Assembly (NCBI RefSeq): GCF_000002075.1
Contig: NW_004797592.1
Location: forward strand, 80,759 to 136,603
From: Aplysia californica
Taxonomy: Eukaryota
DNA: 55,845 nucleotides
Direction of reading: 5' to 3'
Shown here one piece after another: positions 35,101 to 48,170 of this stretch (its first letter is position 1; the number at the start of each line of letters is the position of its first letter). A program made the translations under genes and the position numbers. A model generated the notes under the pieces. That model did no database searches and had not been told where the DNA came from. It saw only the letters and a list, made by a program, of their open reading frames with translations.

Positions 35101-38100
35101 GACCACCATTTTATTTTGAAGATCTTTCTTTTCCTTTAAAAGATGTAGTCTTGGCAGATGTGGCAGTGTGATTCACTAAACTGTGAGTTGTTTAGATCCA
35201 TCAAAATGCAAGGCTTGACGGCTGATCACAACAGTCTACTCTAAGGTATCGAATAAGCACACCNNNNNNNNNNNNNNNNNNNNNNNNNNNNNNNNNNNNN
35301 NNNNNNNNNNNNNNNNNNNNNNNNNNNNNNNNNNNNNNNNNNNNNNNNNNNNNNNNNNNNNNNATTTTCAGGTTTTTTGCGCACCCCCTGCTCCTTATTC
35401 AATCTCCCCATTTATTATTTTGCCACTTGCCATGTCCGACAATCATGTGAAACATTTTATTTAGAATCTAGATATCTGAATGAAACTTCTTTTTTTTTTT
35501 TGTAATTGGCAAATTACGCTCAGTATTGATACCAGGTTGGCTACGTCAATTTTGTGTACATTTTAAAAACTTTTGTACATTGGTTTATATTTTTTAAAGA
35601 AACTGGTCTGTTCCTGAATGGGGAAAAATTCTCATAGCAACTTACTAAAATCACAAAAAATGTCATGATCTCTTAATTTGTTATTTTATTCACTGAAGGA
35701 GAAATAAAACAGACTTGTTCCTTTTAGTACAGGGGTATGAGGTTGAATGTGCCCCCCCCCCTCGTTTATTAATTTTGGATTATTTGCTCACTCCCCTCCT
35801 CTTAATTTTTCCTATACCTCCCCCCTTTTATTTGATACCTTTCTTAGAGTACGGGGCGTACGTTGTGTAGACGCTTTTCATACACACCAAATATGGCCTT
35901 GAAGTCTATTCGAAAGATTTGACATTTTTACTTGACCAAAGTGTGCCAAAATGGTAGCCTATCTTTTGCCCCTCCATGAAGGAAAAATTCTGCCTCTCAT
36001 TCAAACCAATGAGATTGAGCAAAATTTCACGTATTGTGCGATGTTCTTATAATTTTCATTATGTTATAATTGTTAAGTTATACACAAGACAAAACTGGAC
36101 TAAATGAGAAAGGTGCACCACTGCGAAAGCTGAACGAACTCATTTGCATGAAAAGGGTAGTTTAAGCTATATGTGGCCTAAATACTGTTAGTGGGGGGAG
36201 GGGGCGGAGGAGTTAGCTTTTAATATATGCCATATGTGGCCTAAATAAGCACTCACTATAAATTTTGACGAGCACCTGATTTCTTGATAGACAATGTGTA
36301 ATCATTCATATTGTCTTATTTTCAGAACAGTTCACAACACCGTGATTAGGCCGGGTGAAGTAAATGGCGGCAGATATTCGGACTCGAGTCTGAATAGCCT
36401 CCCGTGGCTTTTCGGGCTCAAACTTTGCGCGTGCAAAATCACTGGGTGTGAAGCGGACAGGCAATTCAACCTTGACCTTACCCGGTTTCTACATTCTGGC
36501 CAAAATTTTCTACACAAAATACTCTTACTCTTATCACTTTATTTTCCATTTGCTTGAGCTTCTGATTGATTTATTCTGTGGCCAGCAGGGGATTATATTC
36601 TCTGCTGGTGAAATTTCTAAAATCTATATATCCCTTGACTGAATTATATAGCAACGATGATATTTATATTAATCACACATTAAAGAATAAATTCAAGTAA
36701 TTATTTATTATAACAAGGACATTGCAACTTAGCAAACATCCGCTAGATTGGATAATTTCATAAAATTTCAAAAGCTATCTTCTCTCTTGGTTTTCTTTCG
36801 TTGGCTTTCATTTTTTGCCAGTACAAACTACAACACATGTATGTAATGAACAAATAATGCCAGATCTGTAATATTATGATTATAAAAATTATGGACTCTG
36901 ACATATGTACTATTGACAAATAGAAAAAAAACTTGAACTTTCCAACAAAAACACTGATTGCATTTTTATTTTCTGATTATCTTCAAAAAAGGCTCCATTT
37001 CAGTCAAGGTTATCTGTGGCTATGTATATTGTGTTAAAAAAAAAAAATGAAGCCATTCACATTAAAAGTAAAGGAGAATCAGATATAATTTAAAGTGGAA
37101 AAAAAAAAAATTTTAATGAAGAAAATATTTTAAAGCATGACCCAAAATTGTAAATTATTTCTTTTTTAACCCATTTTTTGATGACTTCTAGATATAATTG
37201 ATTGAAGCAGGTGCTTGAAACTTTGAAGGAAAAGGGATGTAGGTTTCAAAAATGGATGGGAAAATGCATGGTCAAACTGGGTAAACATGGGGAAAACCTC
37301 CCGCAGATGGCCTTAAAAACGTTAGGTCTTCTCCAAGAGTGTCTTCTCTGTTAATCTTTTCGGTTTAATATTCTTTAAAAGATTATATTATTGGTACCTT
37401 GTTGTGGAGTGGTCTGTCCACTTTAGCAGATTGTCAACTGTGACTGTAACATTGAGCATTGATTTTTTTTTCATGAGTAGCCTTTATCTTCAAACAATTC
37501 AACTTTACCCTAGCTCTTACAATTGCTGCATTGTGGCTACAATTTGCATGATGTGAGGAGGTTTTGAGGAGGGAGGTTGAATGCAAGATGGACTACGTCT
37601 TTCCTCATGACTTCATCTGATTTGGGGGGGACCAGTCCTCTTAAACTGGCCTCTCCAGACACTCTAGTGTTTTAACTTGAGTTTGAAATCAAGCATAGCT
37701 AAAGAAATGTGGTAGATTAGGTATTTTCTTCTCAGTGATATAATTAGCAGACGTATTGCACACTGGTAGGAGGTACAACCCATCTCATGGTGGAAAAAAC
37801 ACGGAATATATCTATACATTTATACTCCGGTGCAATACGTCATGTACGTATATTTCCTGTAGTGTTTTCTCTGTCATATTTCCTACCTATTTCTTCACTC
37901 TCTCGACTACACCAAGTCGCACACCATCGAAGTACCTAAGTAAGTCTAGTAAAGAGTTAAATTCATAAAAGAGCCCTCTTTCGATCCTGTTTCTTTGCTT
38001 ATTCAGTATTCAGGCTGTCACCGTTTCACTTTTCTGAGCCAGTGGCAGTCTGAGTTCTAGCCCTTTGGCCAGTCAATATGGCAAAGAATTTACAGGTTTT

Positions 38101-41100
38101 TATTAGCTGCCTTTTGTTGCTGTCTATATATATATATATTGTTTCTGAGATCTGGGGAGGCAGGTTGGTAGGTACTATGCAGATTGCTAAATGCAGGGCA
38201 GGTAGAGAGATAGTGTACGTTTCATCCTGGCGGTCACACAGGGGGCAGGCAGGTGGGGTATCCTTACAGACCTTGTTCATGTAGGAATTCAATGCAGTGG
38301 GATGTGTTGTGTTCAGAGACAACTTTTAATGACTCGTTCTCTTCTACTCGTGGAATTAAGTACATCTTTTGAGTTGGGAGCAGTCATGTGTGTAAATTCA
38401 GTTCTTCCAGTTTTGCCCACTGCCCTTCCGTTCAGCCACTGTTCTCCCTGCCAAACCTCACCATCCCTCGGGGTGGTGCCACTGACTGAAGTGTCTTTAG
38501 GCCATTCCCAAAGGGGGGACATTTCTCGTTCTAATGCACAGTAGAATTGTAAATGGGCAGATCCAACAATGTCATGCTCATAACTGAGCCTGAACTACAA
38601 CAGGAAACTGCTGCTTTTTCTTTCCTAATCCTTACTGTTGTCATTTTCCTCTACTTCTTTTGAATGTTTGTCACACTCTTGTGACCCGCTATTTCCGGGG
38701 TGCCTTCATAGTCGTAGCAGACTTTGTGCTGTTGAAGCTAGAGAGGTGAGCAGAGAAAACCTGATTCCCTGTAAGGACTTCTCTATTGACATCCACCCCT
38801 TGGCGCACATATTATTACCTTATGCAGTTGCAAGCGCAGTAGAACCTCTACTAAAACTAAAAACTAAAACCTCACCTAAGTTATTAACATTCTCTTTCTG
38901 TACAGACAGCAAGCACATCAAGTCAGGCTTTGTCTCAGGTGTGGCTTCTAGTGTGTGGAGAGCTATGACATCCCCTGTGAAGGAGTTTCAGGGTGACCCA
39001 AAGCAGCAAGGAGCTGCTTTCATCATTGGCCCAGGTAAGGAAAGAGAAAGGTTCTCACTTATAATACTAAAATGAGGAGTTGTGTCCAGCATTAAACTGA
39101 CACACTTTCCAAGAGAAAATTGGCGTCAATTTGAGACAAAATCAACACTTCCTCCTGTAGCATGTGCTTTTCCAATGCACCATTTGCCATGTTGACACCT
39201 CGAGACCGTGAAAATGTGCATTTGGTAGTCCACCATCCTGCAGCTTTCTACTGGATCGTAATCATGACAGATTGATACATGCAAGGATGCTGCATCCTTG
39301 CCTAGAACGTGGGTTTTTTTCGATAAAAGTATTAAAAATTCAATTTAATTGAAAAATCACAGCTTCAAAGCTTCAGAAAAATTTTTCATTGGGATCACGC
39401 TTGTAAACAGAGAAAAACATTGAATTTGGAAAGTAGAACAGGTATTTATGCAATGAACTCCTATGTTTCAGGACTAAAAGAAATAATTGTTAAAAAAGTG
39501 TGAGGCATCGTGGTGGAATCAGGCGCTCGTCAAAATAATGTAATCAAATATTGGCATTTTTCCTCGAATTTGACAACTTTTCTCTTTTATGTTTTTTGGC
39601 TCGACAACTTTTATGTCCATTTAAGAACTTATGATTTCTGTGTGGATTTTACTGAAAAACATTAATTAAAGGCACAATAAACGTAAATTTTCAGTTTCTA
39701 AGGACTCTCAAGCTTTGAAAATCACCAAACTTTGGTGGCCATATTCTCTATAATTTTACCTCTAAAACCAGCCAACCCCAACTTCCTTCAATCGCAATAT
39801 ATCTCGACTTCTATTCAAGATAGGCGTGTAGTTTTTTTCATCAAAAGATGGTCAATGAACAAGCTTTTAGATGATACCAATAACTCTAGATGCCCAAAAA
39901 TTGATGAGCGCCTGATTCTACCGTGTTGTGACACAAATGTTTTGCTCTCACCTGTCTGGATCTTTGCGTTTTGCATGTCCACTTCTATACCCCATAAATT
40001 ATTTTAAAATCATTTTAACCTCATTCTTATTAATGAATCTGAAAGATGAATTAATGCTGCACAACATGAGCACATTTTTATTTCCAATTTTGACACAAAA
40101 TCTAGAAATATGGCTTGGTTAAATACATTAAATGCTGCAGTTTTCTCTTTCTTGTAAGCATTTTTCCAAGCACCTGGGCACTGGATTTTAGCCCTTTGAG
40201 CCTTTGCCACCGGTACACCGGTGAGTGAGACCCCATCCCCAAACCGGCCTGCTTGAGTAAAACCTGGTACTGAAAACAGCATTTACTACATTAGATTTTT
40301 GATTATTTTGAAGATCTTTCTGAATTAGATGCTGTTAATGTCAAGGACTACCCTGAGTGCCATATGAAATGTGATTCTGACGATCACATGAATGTTAGTA
40401 CTGGTACATGTAATAATAAATCCCTCAGGAGCTGAGGCAGCGGAGCATGGTAGCCTCAGGAGATTATGACTCAAAGTATTAAGTACCTGAAGAAAAGAAA
40501 AGAAAAATAGCACCTCCTCCCATGTTGATTTCATTGTCTGCTCAAATGCTGTTACTTTTTATTTAGAATTTGACGTAATTTGAACACTTATTTGGGCATT
40601 GTATTATTAATTTCATCTTTTCTTTTTTTTTTCTGAAACCTAAGGTTCGATAGAAAAAGTTGTTGGGTTGGGGGGGTTTTATTCTAGAAAAAAAATTTTT
40701 TTTTTGCTTAGAAGAAGACTCCATGACCACATTACAATTTGTCAAGCTAGATTTCTAACTTTTTATTTGCTGATAATTAAAACCTATGTTGGTGGATGGA
40801 CAGCCCTGGCATTGCAACAAAATGTTTTAAAATGGCATGGTTAAATTCAAAACGTTTAAATGCTACAGTTTTCTCTTTCTTGTAAGCAATATTTCATGTG
40901 TGTCTATTTGTTGAATTTTTACTTTAATTTACAGTACAGAGATTATCTGTTTGACCTTGATTTACAACATAAACATTAATTAGGCTTTAGAAATGTAGTT
41001 GACACATTTGTACCTAACACAATCGATTTTCATCTCTCGGGGAATGAAGTTCACTTCAGCCATACTGACCAATTTACTTGTTTTTATTTCCTTTGTTATG

Positions 41101-42207
41101 TATGCTTCCTGTTTCACTTTTCTTCTGCATAAATGACCATCAAAACATCAGTGTTCTTCTCTGAACCCAGGACTTGCCAAACTTGGAGTGGGGCTTTTTT
41201 TTTTTCTTCATTTCGGTTGATTGCTGTCCACCCTTTTTAGGGGGCTAGTAGTGGAAGATAAAGGTTCTTTGAGACCCTTACTCACAAGCAGCCTCACTGC
41301 TTTAAATGATGAGTTATATTCATGCCATATTTGTCTTTAATTTTGATTAACTAAAGTATAAAAGTGCAATATATTTCACCAGCATCTTTGCTTAAATTTG
41401 TAATTGTCTTGCATTTGGACAATGTAAATTTAATTTGCTTGTGGTCAAAGATAATTTTGCGCATATTCAATCTTTCTGCTGGAGTACTGCACCCCCATAC
41501 TACCCAGGTTAGCCGTGATAATTAAGTACAAGGTCAAAGCAGCCGGCCTCCTGAATGGTCTAAATTGTGTTAATGGGGACGGGAGACCATACTTCCAGTC
41601 ACCAAGCACACTCTTACTATGTTTTTTAAAAAACTGAAAGAAAAAAGTCTACTTTTTAAAAAATCTAAGCCATTATTGCGAAGTTGATGTGTGGTAGTAT
41701 AAAAATAACTGTGGGCTAAATTACATGTCTTCTCGTTTCAATCAGAAAGGTATTTTTCCTGTTAATTTTTTTTCAGGAAACCAGTTATGTGGGTAGGGTA
41801 GGTTGAAGATTACTATGGTGCCAGACACAGATGGGCCTGCTCCCAAGAAGCCTATATTATGAGAGAGGGTGAAAACCTCTGTTCTAATTAAACAATCAAA
41901 GACTCAGCTCATATTTTAAGTCAAATTTTCATGCGTTTCTTTTTGTTGAATTTTTACTTAATTTATTGAGATGATCTATGATCTGTTTGACTTTGATTTA
42001 CAACATAAACAAAAATCAGGTTTTAGAAATGTTTGTAGTTGACCCATTTGAGCCCAACACTGTTGATTTTCATCTTCAGGAAACGAAGTTCACTTCAGCC
42101 ACATTGACCAGGAGTCGGCCGACCACTGTCCCCTCAATGACATCTTGGCACAAGCAGGAGTGATGAACGTCAGTTTTCCCAGGGACCCGCGCGTGCAGAT
42201 CATGTGA
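24880..42207 (+). CDS. PRXL2C: Peroxiredoxin-like 2C / AAED1 homolog (AhpC/TSA-2 thioredoxin fold), 7 coding exons, 269 aa
   Basis: Exons 24880-25200, 28583-28619, 30574-30605, 33279-33332, 33661-33769, 38906-39034 and 42080-42207, all GT-AG and in frame. Motifs VLFVRHFLxxIxKEYVED, YVDPER, HIKSG, WRAMT, FQGDPKQQGAAFIIGPGNEVHFSH and DH.P.N match the vertebrate PRXL2C/AAED1 pattern. Confidence 0.9.
27745..28100 (+). mobile_element. RTE-like LINE 3' fragment
   Basis: IRTMRKKQLSFFGHI...GFEKLMLCGKI; (gaa)-type tail. Confidence 0.7.
28583..28619 (+). CDS. PRXL2C: PRXL2C-like coding exon 2 (HFLDFIAKEYVE)
   Basis: Acceptor ttttcccag, donor G|gtaagt. Confidence 0.88.
30574..30605 (+). CDS. PRXL2C: PRXL2C-like coding exon 3 (DVAIIPLEYLQ)
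   Basis: Acceptor gaacag, donor CAG|gtgagc; phase fits both neighbours. Confidence 0.85.
31060..31860 (-). mobile_element. Sola1-like DNA transposase remnant
   Basis: WYETVSKKGRDDVASMLLHY, a degenerate DSC..Q.KNW motif and FPVRGHSYMECDR. Superfamily assigned from recalled motifs. Confidence 0.6.
32157..32915. mobile_element. Copy of the same MITE, interrupted by an RTE fragment
   Basis: Aligns in reverse to 39498-39935 once 32280-32621 is removed. Confidence 0.7.
32280..32607 (-). mobile_element. 5'-truncated RTE-like LINE fragment with 14-bp TSD, nested in a MITE
   Basis: atctatgttgaata at 32266-32279 and 32608-32621; basic C-terminus KGRERQRKR; (taaaag) tail. Confidence 0.7.
33279..33332 (+). 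CDS. PRXL2C: PRXL2C-like coding exon 4 (NADVRLVVIGPAPHNYIK)
   Basis: Acceptor tattccag, donor AAG|gtgagc. Confidence 0.87.
33661..33769 (+). CDS. PRXL2C: PRXL2C-like coding exon 5 (AFKELTKLQYTLYVDPER...)
   Basis: Acceptor tctctcag, donor A|gtaagt. Confidence 0.9.
37995..38320 (-). mobile_element. LINE 3' end fragment (Zn-knuckle)
   Basis: ALNSYMNKV...CPLCDRQDET. Confidence 0.55.
38463..38866 (+). mobile_element. Second copy of the 400-bp retroelement
   Basis: TSD aaacctcacc (38453-38462 and 38867-38876). Confidence 0.8.
38906..39034 (+). CDS. PRXL2C: PRXL2C-like coding exon 6 (SKHIKSG...FQGDPKQQGAAFIIGP)
   Basis: Acceptor ttctgtacag, donor G|gtaagg. Confidence 0.9.
39498..39935. mobile_element. 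MITE with tgtg..cgtggtggaatcaggcgctcgtcaa-type TIRs
   Basis: Imperfect TIRs at both ends; further copies at 32157-32915 (inverted), about 30050-30327 and 36260-36290. Confidence 0.7.
40905..41071 (+). pseudogene. Degenerate duplicate of the last intron/exon junction of the PRXL2C-like gene
   Basis: Aligns to about 41942-42110; the acceptor reads ctctcgg instead of cttcag. Confidence 0.75.
42080..42207 (+). CDS. PRXL2C: PRXL2C-like last coding exon (GNEVHFSHIDQESADHCPLN...VQIM*)
   Basis: Acceptor catcttcag; TGA at 42205-42207. Confidence 0.9.
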
Positions 42208-43611
42208 TTTCTGTGTCGTTTCAAACTGATGCTCCCCTATAGCCCTTCACATGAACCAGGACAGCTGCATTCTGAAATCTATGGAGAAAAACTCTTGTGA
42301 ACCCAACACTAGGAGCAGGCTTTATGTTGTTGGGTTGTTGTTTTTACATAAATAACTATATTATCGGGGAGACTGGGCCATTCTTTTTTAGAACAAATTT
42401 TGCATTTAAAACTTCCTTTCTCTGAAAAGAGAAATGGAAAAAAAAACTACTATAAATTTTCCTGGTAGGAAGTTTGGTGTTGCTGCAGCATTCATGAAAA
42501 TACTTTACAAATTGCAATAACTTTAAGTCACATTTATGCATAATTTCACTCCATTAATGTTACCAACTCATCTGTGCTAGTCGATCCTCATCAAGATTGT
42601 GCTTTGCTTTACGGTCCTGAGAAAGGGCAGCTTAACTCACTCACCGCCAAGGTCGCACCTGTGTCAGTCAATTGAGAATGGCTGGTCACCACCAAAGCCG
42701 TATCTGTGTGGGTTGCATATTTACCTCTGTATTTCTACTATTTTCGTCTGACTACAGTTAAAACAAGGTAAAATGAAATCGCTTTGTTCAGATCTTTGCA
42801 TGCAGGTCTAAAAGTTTGATTGCCAACAGATTCTAAAAGCCCACTCATTAAGGTCACTGCAAACTATGGTTCTGACACAGTTTCTTTGATGATAGCGGGT
42901 CAAAAAATTAACTCACTATACTGTTCCCGTCAATGGTACGGGACCTGCGGCCGGTTTGCTGGTACGGATCCCATACCCCTGATGGAATGGACTTTGCGGT
43001 TTTGTTTTGAAAATTGTGCACCCGTCACATGTACGAAAACGGACTCGTTTCGTGCGGAGTTTGGTGGAAGATGGACAATCCCCCCCCATCTAAGGTTCAA
43101 CTGACCGGAACTTGCGCTATGTTTTTTCTATACAGTTGACAGTCACATTGAAGTAACGGTCGAAGAAGTCGCATGAACAAGAATCACATATTTTTGCTGT
43201 TTTTGATGCTTCTGTTTGTTTTACTAGTTCTAGTGACTTACAAATAAAAATATGATGTGTCTGATAGTTTGGACCCTGGATGTATACCCAAACACGGCCC
43301 GAGTCAAAGTTTTAGGGCTAGATCTAGCACTAGTAGTGGTGCTGTTGTTAGCGCAACGAAACTACACCGTCGTGCCTCACACTTATAGGTCTCATGTAAT
43401 TCCATGTATGGGTCTGCATCAACGCATAGCCCAGCTTTTATATTTTCACTAAACGCTCACACATGCCAACAAATTAAAAAAATAAACACTTTGAACTTCT
43501 ATTTTTGTTGTTGTGAATTTCATTCTGTCTGTCATGTCTTTGGAAATTTTTCGGAAAGTCAAATTCATAGTTGGGTAAAAAGTAATTTGGCTCCCGAAGT
43601 TTGTTTTTCAC

Positions 43612-45612
43612 ACGTTTTACCATCTTCAAGGTCTAAGTAAGAAAATTAGCCCCCATGCCTTTTTTTAAAATGTGGGCGTTACCCATGAGGTCTTGAAAGC
43701 TAAGATGGCTGCCAAATGGCAAAAATCCATATATATTAATCATGGTCTTTTTTCAACACATATGAAGTGTGATACATCACTTTAGGGTTTTTTAGGCCAA
43801 GAAGCTCATTTTTAGTGTCATTTTTAGCCTTTCGTTAAATATAAATTTTAAAAAATCCAATAATGCTGCCATCAGCCGTATTGAAGATGGGAAAAACGTT
43901 GGTATCACAAATAGCAATTTAAGGTGCCCGAAGTAAGGGCATTTAATGATCTCATAGTTTTTATATTTTCCAAGCTGTATAAATCTAGTTTGGCCGCCCA
44001 TCGAATATGTACTCACTTACATCCTCCGCAGTATGACAATAGGAGCCATGTCTACGTTTTGCATAGATACAAACCTGTGGCCATTGATCTATGACACTGC
44101 AGTTCAGGATTCATTGTGTAGATTTGATTCAGCAACATTTTAAAATCGATGCAACCCACTAAAAATATTACCGTTAGTGGATATTGTGCAGTTTAGACAT
44201 TCTAAAGATATCTTACATAGTTAGAAAGAACATTATTCTAAAGGACAATAACTTGTTTAGTCTTTACTCTCATCTTTATCTTGATCAGTTTAGTTTACAA
44301 ACTTGCTACCTTCATTATTGCTAGTGTGAATGGAAGCTGTAGTATTCAGGCTATCCAAAATTGACAATTATTGAGGTGTCGCAGGAAAACTAGGGCGAAC
44401 TTGTTTGCATTGCCTATTATGCAGTTTGCAATCCATGCATGGATAAGGCTGGCCGGACATGACTGAGCATAGCGGGAACGAAAAAAAATTAATTCAGGAG
44501 TCCCTTCAATCAGAAGTGAATCTGTGAGCCGCTTGGGATATTTGTGGTAACCATATGTAATAAACCTGATCGAATGCAGATGTCATATTGGCTTCATTGG
44601 CCACTCATCAGCGTCTGTCAGATGGCATGCTTGAACATTTTGATCCAGCGAGTCTGACATTTCTAGTTGACACCTAAAATTTTCCCATGTCTGTGTCAGG
44701 CTGCTCATACACTTGCTTGGCAAGTTCCTTTTTTCCAACCGTCTCCCAAGCTGCATTGTAGCCACCAATATGAGTTCTTGGGATGCATTGGAAATATTTA
44801 GGTTGTCCTTTCCATTGAAAGATTTCTGCATCCGAAGCTGATGAATCTGTCATGGACAAGAACTGCTTCAACAAAAGAATACAACCGACACCATCTCCCA
44901 TTATGTTTCCCAAGGAATGCTTGGTATACAGTTCAGGCTGCAACCACGAAAGTCAGCCAACCCAGTTTCTTTAAAGAGTTTGAAGCGTATTCGTATGCCA
45001 TTTTTAAAAATGAAATGCCCCCCCCCCCCCCTTTCCCCACCTTTCCCCAATTGGAACAGAGTGTGGTTTTCCTCCTTGAGTTCAGCAATGATTTTGTACG
45101 TTAGGCTTGTCGCTAACCATAAAAGCAAAAAGTATGGATTTTCTTGCACTGACTGAGTAAATTTTTGATGACATCATGCAGAACAGACTTACTTGATGGC
45201 TGAAGGTAAGTTGTATGATAATATAATTAACTTTCCTGAGAGGAGACTAACAGCCTGCTTGAGCCTCGTCGTGTGATGGAACTTGTTGTTTGTCTGAGGG
45301 AGATCTGATGTCACCATTGTCTGCACGCAATACAATGCAAGGCCTGTACTGCACTCCGGAGTCCGTGGCGTTGAGCAACATCTGGATGGACTGCTGGTTC
45401 ACTTTAACTTCCAACTGGACAATTAGATCGTATAATCTTCAACGTTGCAGTGACTTCGTTTTTCATTATTACTACATGTAGTAGGGGACCTTGGTTGTCA
45501 TAATTTATTTCACTGGCTTCTTAAAACTGTAGGTAAATTTCGTCTAATGAGCCCGATTCACATCCCCCCCTAATGCATCGGCCTTGAATCATCCTTATCA
45601 ACGATGACAAAA
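43612..45612 (-). repeat. Second copy of the 18.8-19.6 kb repeat with about 1.2 kb of extra internal sequence
   Basis: Homology breaks at ttgatcagttta (44292) and resumes at actggc (about 45512). Confidence 0.7.
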
Positions 45613-48170
45613 TAGCATGTCACAAAAATATGATGGTGCAATGTTGTTGACGCACTTCAAACAAAGAACAATTATTTTGTACTGAATTCGTGCTTTCACA
45701 GGGAGCCAATGTAGTTGAATTAGCATTGGTGTTATAATATGCTCTTTGAGAGATTTCTTTAAAAGTATATGGGTATGAGCAGCTTGGTTTTGGTGTCGCT
45801 GTAACCTATTTAACGTTTCAGTGGAAAGATTTTTAAACAAAGAATTGCAGTAGTCTAGACGTGAAAGGACAAAAGAAGAGGTGAGGGTTTTGATGGAATC
45901 AACTTTAAGATATATTGACATTTGTCCTATTCTGCGTAGCTCTAAATAAATTACTTTACATAGATGGTTTATATGATGATGCTTAGATAGTTTGCAGTCA
46001 AAATAAACGCCTAGATTTTTGGCTTTATCTGTAAAAAAAAAGATATTATCGTTCCCATTACATATGGTCAAAATTGCATTGCAAAGCAACATCCCTGGTT
46101 GGGCATTGCAAAACAGAACTTCGGTCTTATCATCATTCATTTTAAGTCTGTTTGATATCATCCAATTTTTTACCTCAACAATACATTTTTCCATGCTGGT
46201 AACTAGACAAGTGAAATTTGTTGGTAAAACAGACTTGTACAGCTGAGTGTCGTCCGCGTACATGCGGTAGTTAACGTTGTGCTTCCTAATTATAATTGAA
46301 CCTAAGGGCTTTGTATATAGTGTGTACCGGGTATAAGAGTGGTCCGAGCACGGACCCTTGGGGCACGCCAAATTGCAAGCTGAAAATGGATGACATTTCA
46401 CCGTTTACAAGTACAGACAGTGTACGATTAAACAAATAGGACTCAAACCGTTCAAGAATAGTCCCAGATAGGCCAAAGCTATAGCCTAACCTCCTGATCA
46501 AAATTTAATGATCGATGGTATCAAATGCAGCACTTAGATCGAGTAAGGCAAGAACAGACACTTTGCCTTCGTCTGCTTCACAAAGAAGGTCATTCTGGAC
46601 TTTTAAAAGTGCAGTCTCTGTGTTATGAAACGCTCTGTAGGCCGACTGATAACATTCTAAAAGATTATTTTCTTCAAGATGTGCTCTTAATTGAGATTGA
46701 ACAACTTTTTGTAAGATTTTAGACAAAAATGGTAGGTTAGAGACCGGCCTATAGTTCTTAAACTCATGCGGGGATAACGACTGTTCATGTAGTAAAGGTG
46801 TTACGACTGTGTGCTTAAAACACGAAGGCACTGTTCCTGAAAGGGGTGAATCATTAATAATAGCTGTTACAACATCAATAACAACGTCAAGAAGGTTGAC
46901 AAATAAAGATGTCGGGATAGGGTCAAGGCAGCAGGACTTCGGTGGTGATGACATTAATTTTTATGATCTCTTTCACTGAGTCCTGTGAGACAGCTTTAAA
47001 TTGTTAAAATTACATTGGAGGTTCCCAAGGAAATCCTCGAATTTATGAGTAGATTAACCGTGTTTATCCAATGTGTCTCTTATTGTAGCAATTTTGTTCG
47101 CCAAGAATGTTCCAAAGATATTTGCTAGCTCTCCTGTGGGAGAAGTACAAAGAATAAGGGCAGATTTGAATTTTTTACAAAGTGAATGAAGCGGGCGAAA
47201 GACACTTTTAGAAGTTTTTGACTTTGATATAATGTTATTGTAAAAGGAACGTTTCACTATGACTATGAGTTCTTCGACTTTTCTGTGAAGTTGTCTATAG
47301 ATGTCCCTGTGCACGGTGAGTCCTTGTGCCCGCCATCTCCTCTCTGCTTGTCGTAGCTCCGCTTTGTCTGCCTTTATCTCCAACGTCATACACGGCGCCG
47401 ACGGTCGATCTGAAATAGTTCTGGATTTGAGTGGGGTGTGTTGATCAATAACACCCCTCGCCATGGTGTTATAACTATCTGCCCTGCTTACTCAGGACAG
47501 GACTTTTATGGCATAGCGCTGCTAATCAGCGGAGAATTGGTCATCGTTGATGTTCTTTTTAAGTTTCTACTCTTGACAGGTGGTCAACTATCCAACTCAT
47601 CAGAGGGGTCACATACTCGACTGGGTCGCCACAGACAATGTAAAATATATGGTCAACATTGCTGTCACAGACAAGGTTTTATCTGATCACTTTCCTGTGA
47701 CTTTCGAAATGGATATATTACGAAGCCGGGTCCAATGAAGCGCCCTTTCATAGACATGTGATTCGATGACTATTGACTAAAAGCTCAGAGTTTGAGCACT
47801 CAAAGCTGGAATAATCGGCGAGGCAGTGGGACTTACAGAACATCCCATTTCTAGAAATGACACATATACTTCCACCTCGACCTGTCAGTCGTGGAAAAGA
47901 CGGTGCTGAAAATCCTGTCGGCGTTAGTTCTTGCAGAAGAACGCTGTCAACACATGAAGTCTACCAGGTTTCCGTTAAGAAGGCGAGATCAATGTTCATT
48001 TCCGAGATTAGATTGTTGAGAAGCACAGTTTTGTTACGAACTGACTGTGCATTAAGCAGAAGTACTTTAAATCTTTTGGAAAGCATCCGTTCTTCTATAA
48101 CGACGTTCCCAGGGATCAAGTTCATAAGTGCCCACGAATCTTATGTTGGTCTTGCTTCGTGGAATTAGTT
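45612..48170 (-). mobile_element. Decayed L2/CR1-group LINE ORF2
   Basis: LNAQSVRNK, LTETW, LDPIPT, NYRPVSNLPFLSK, LDLSAAFDTIDH, GVPQGSVLGP, YADDTQLY, SRLDYCNSL, LHWLPVKARIQYK, with multiple frameshifts. Confidence 0.9.
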
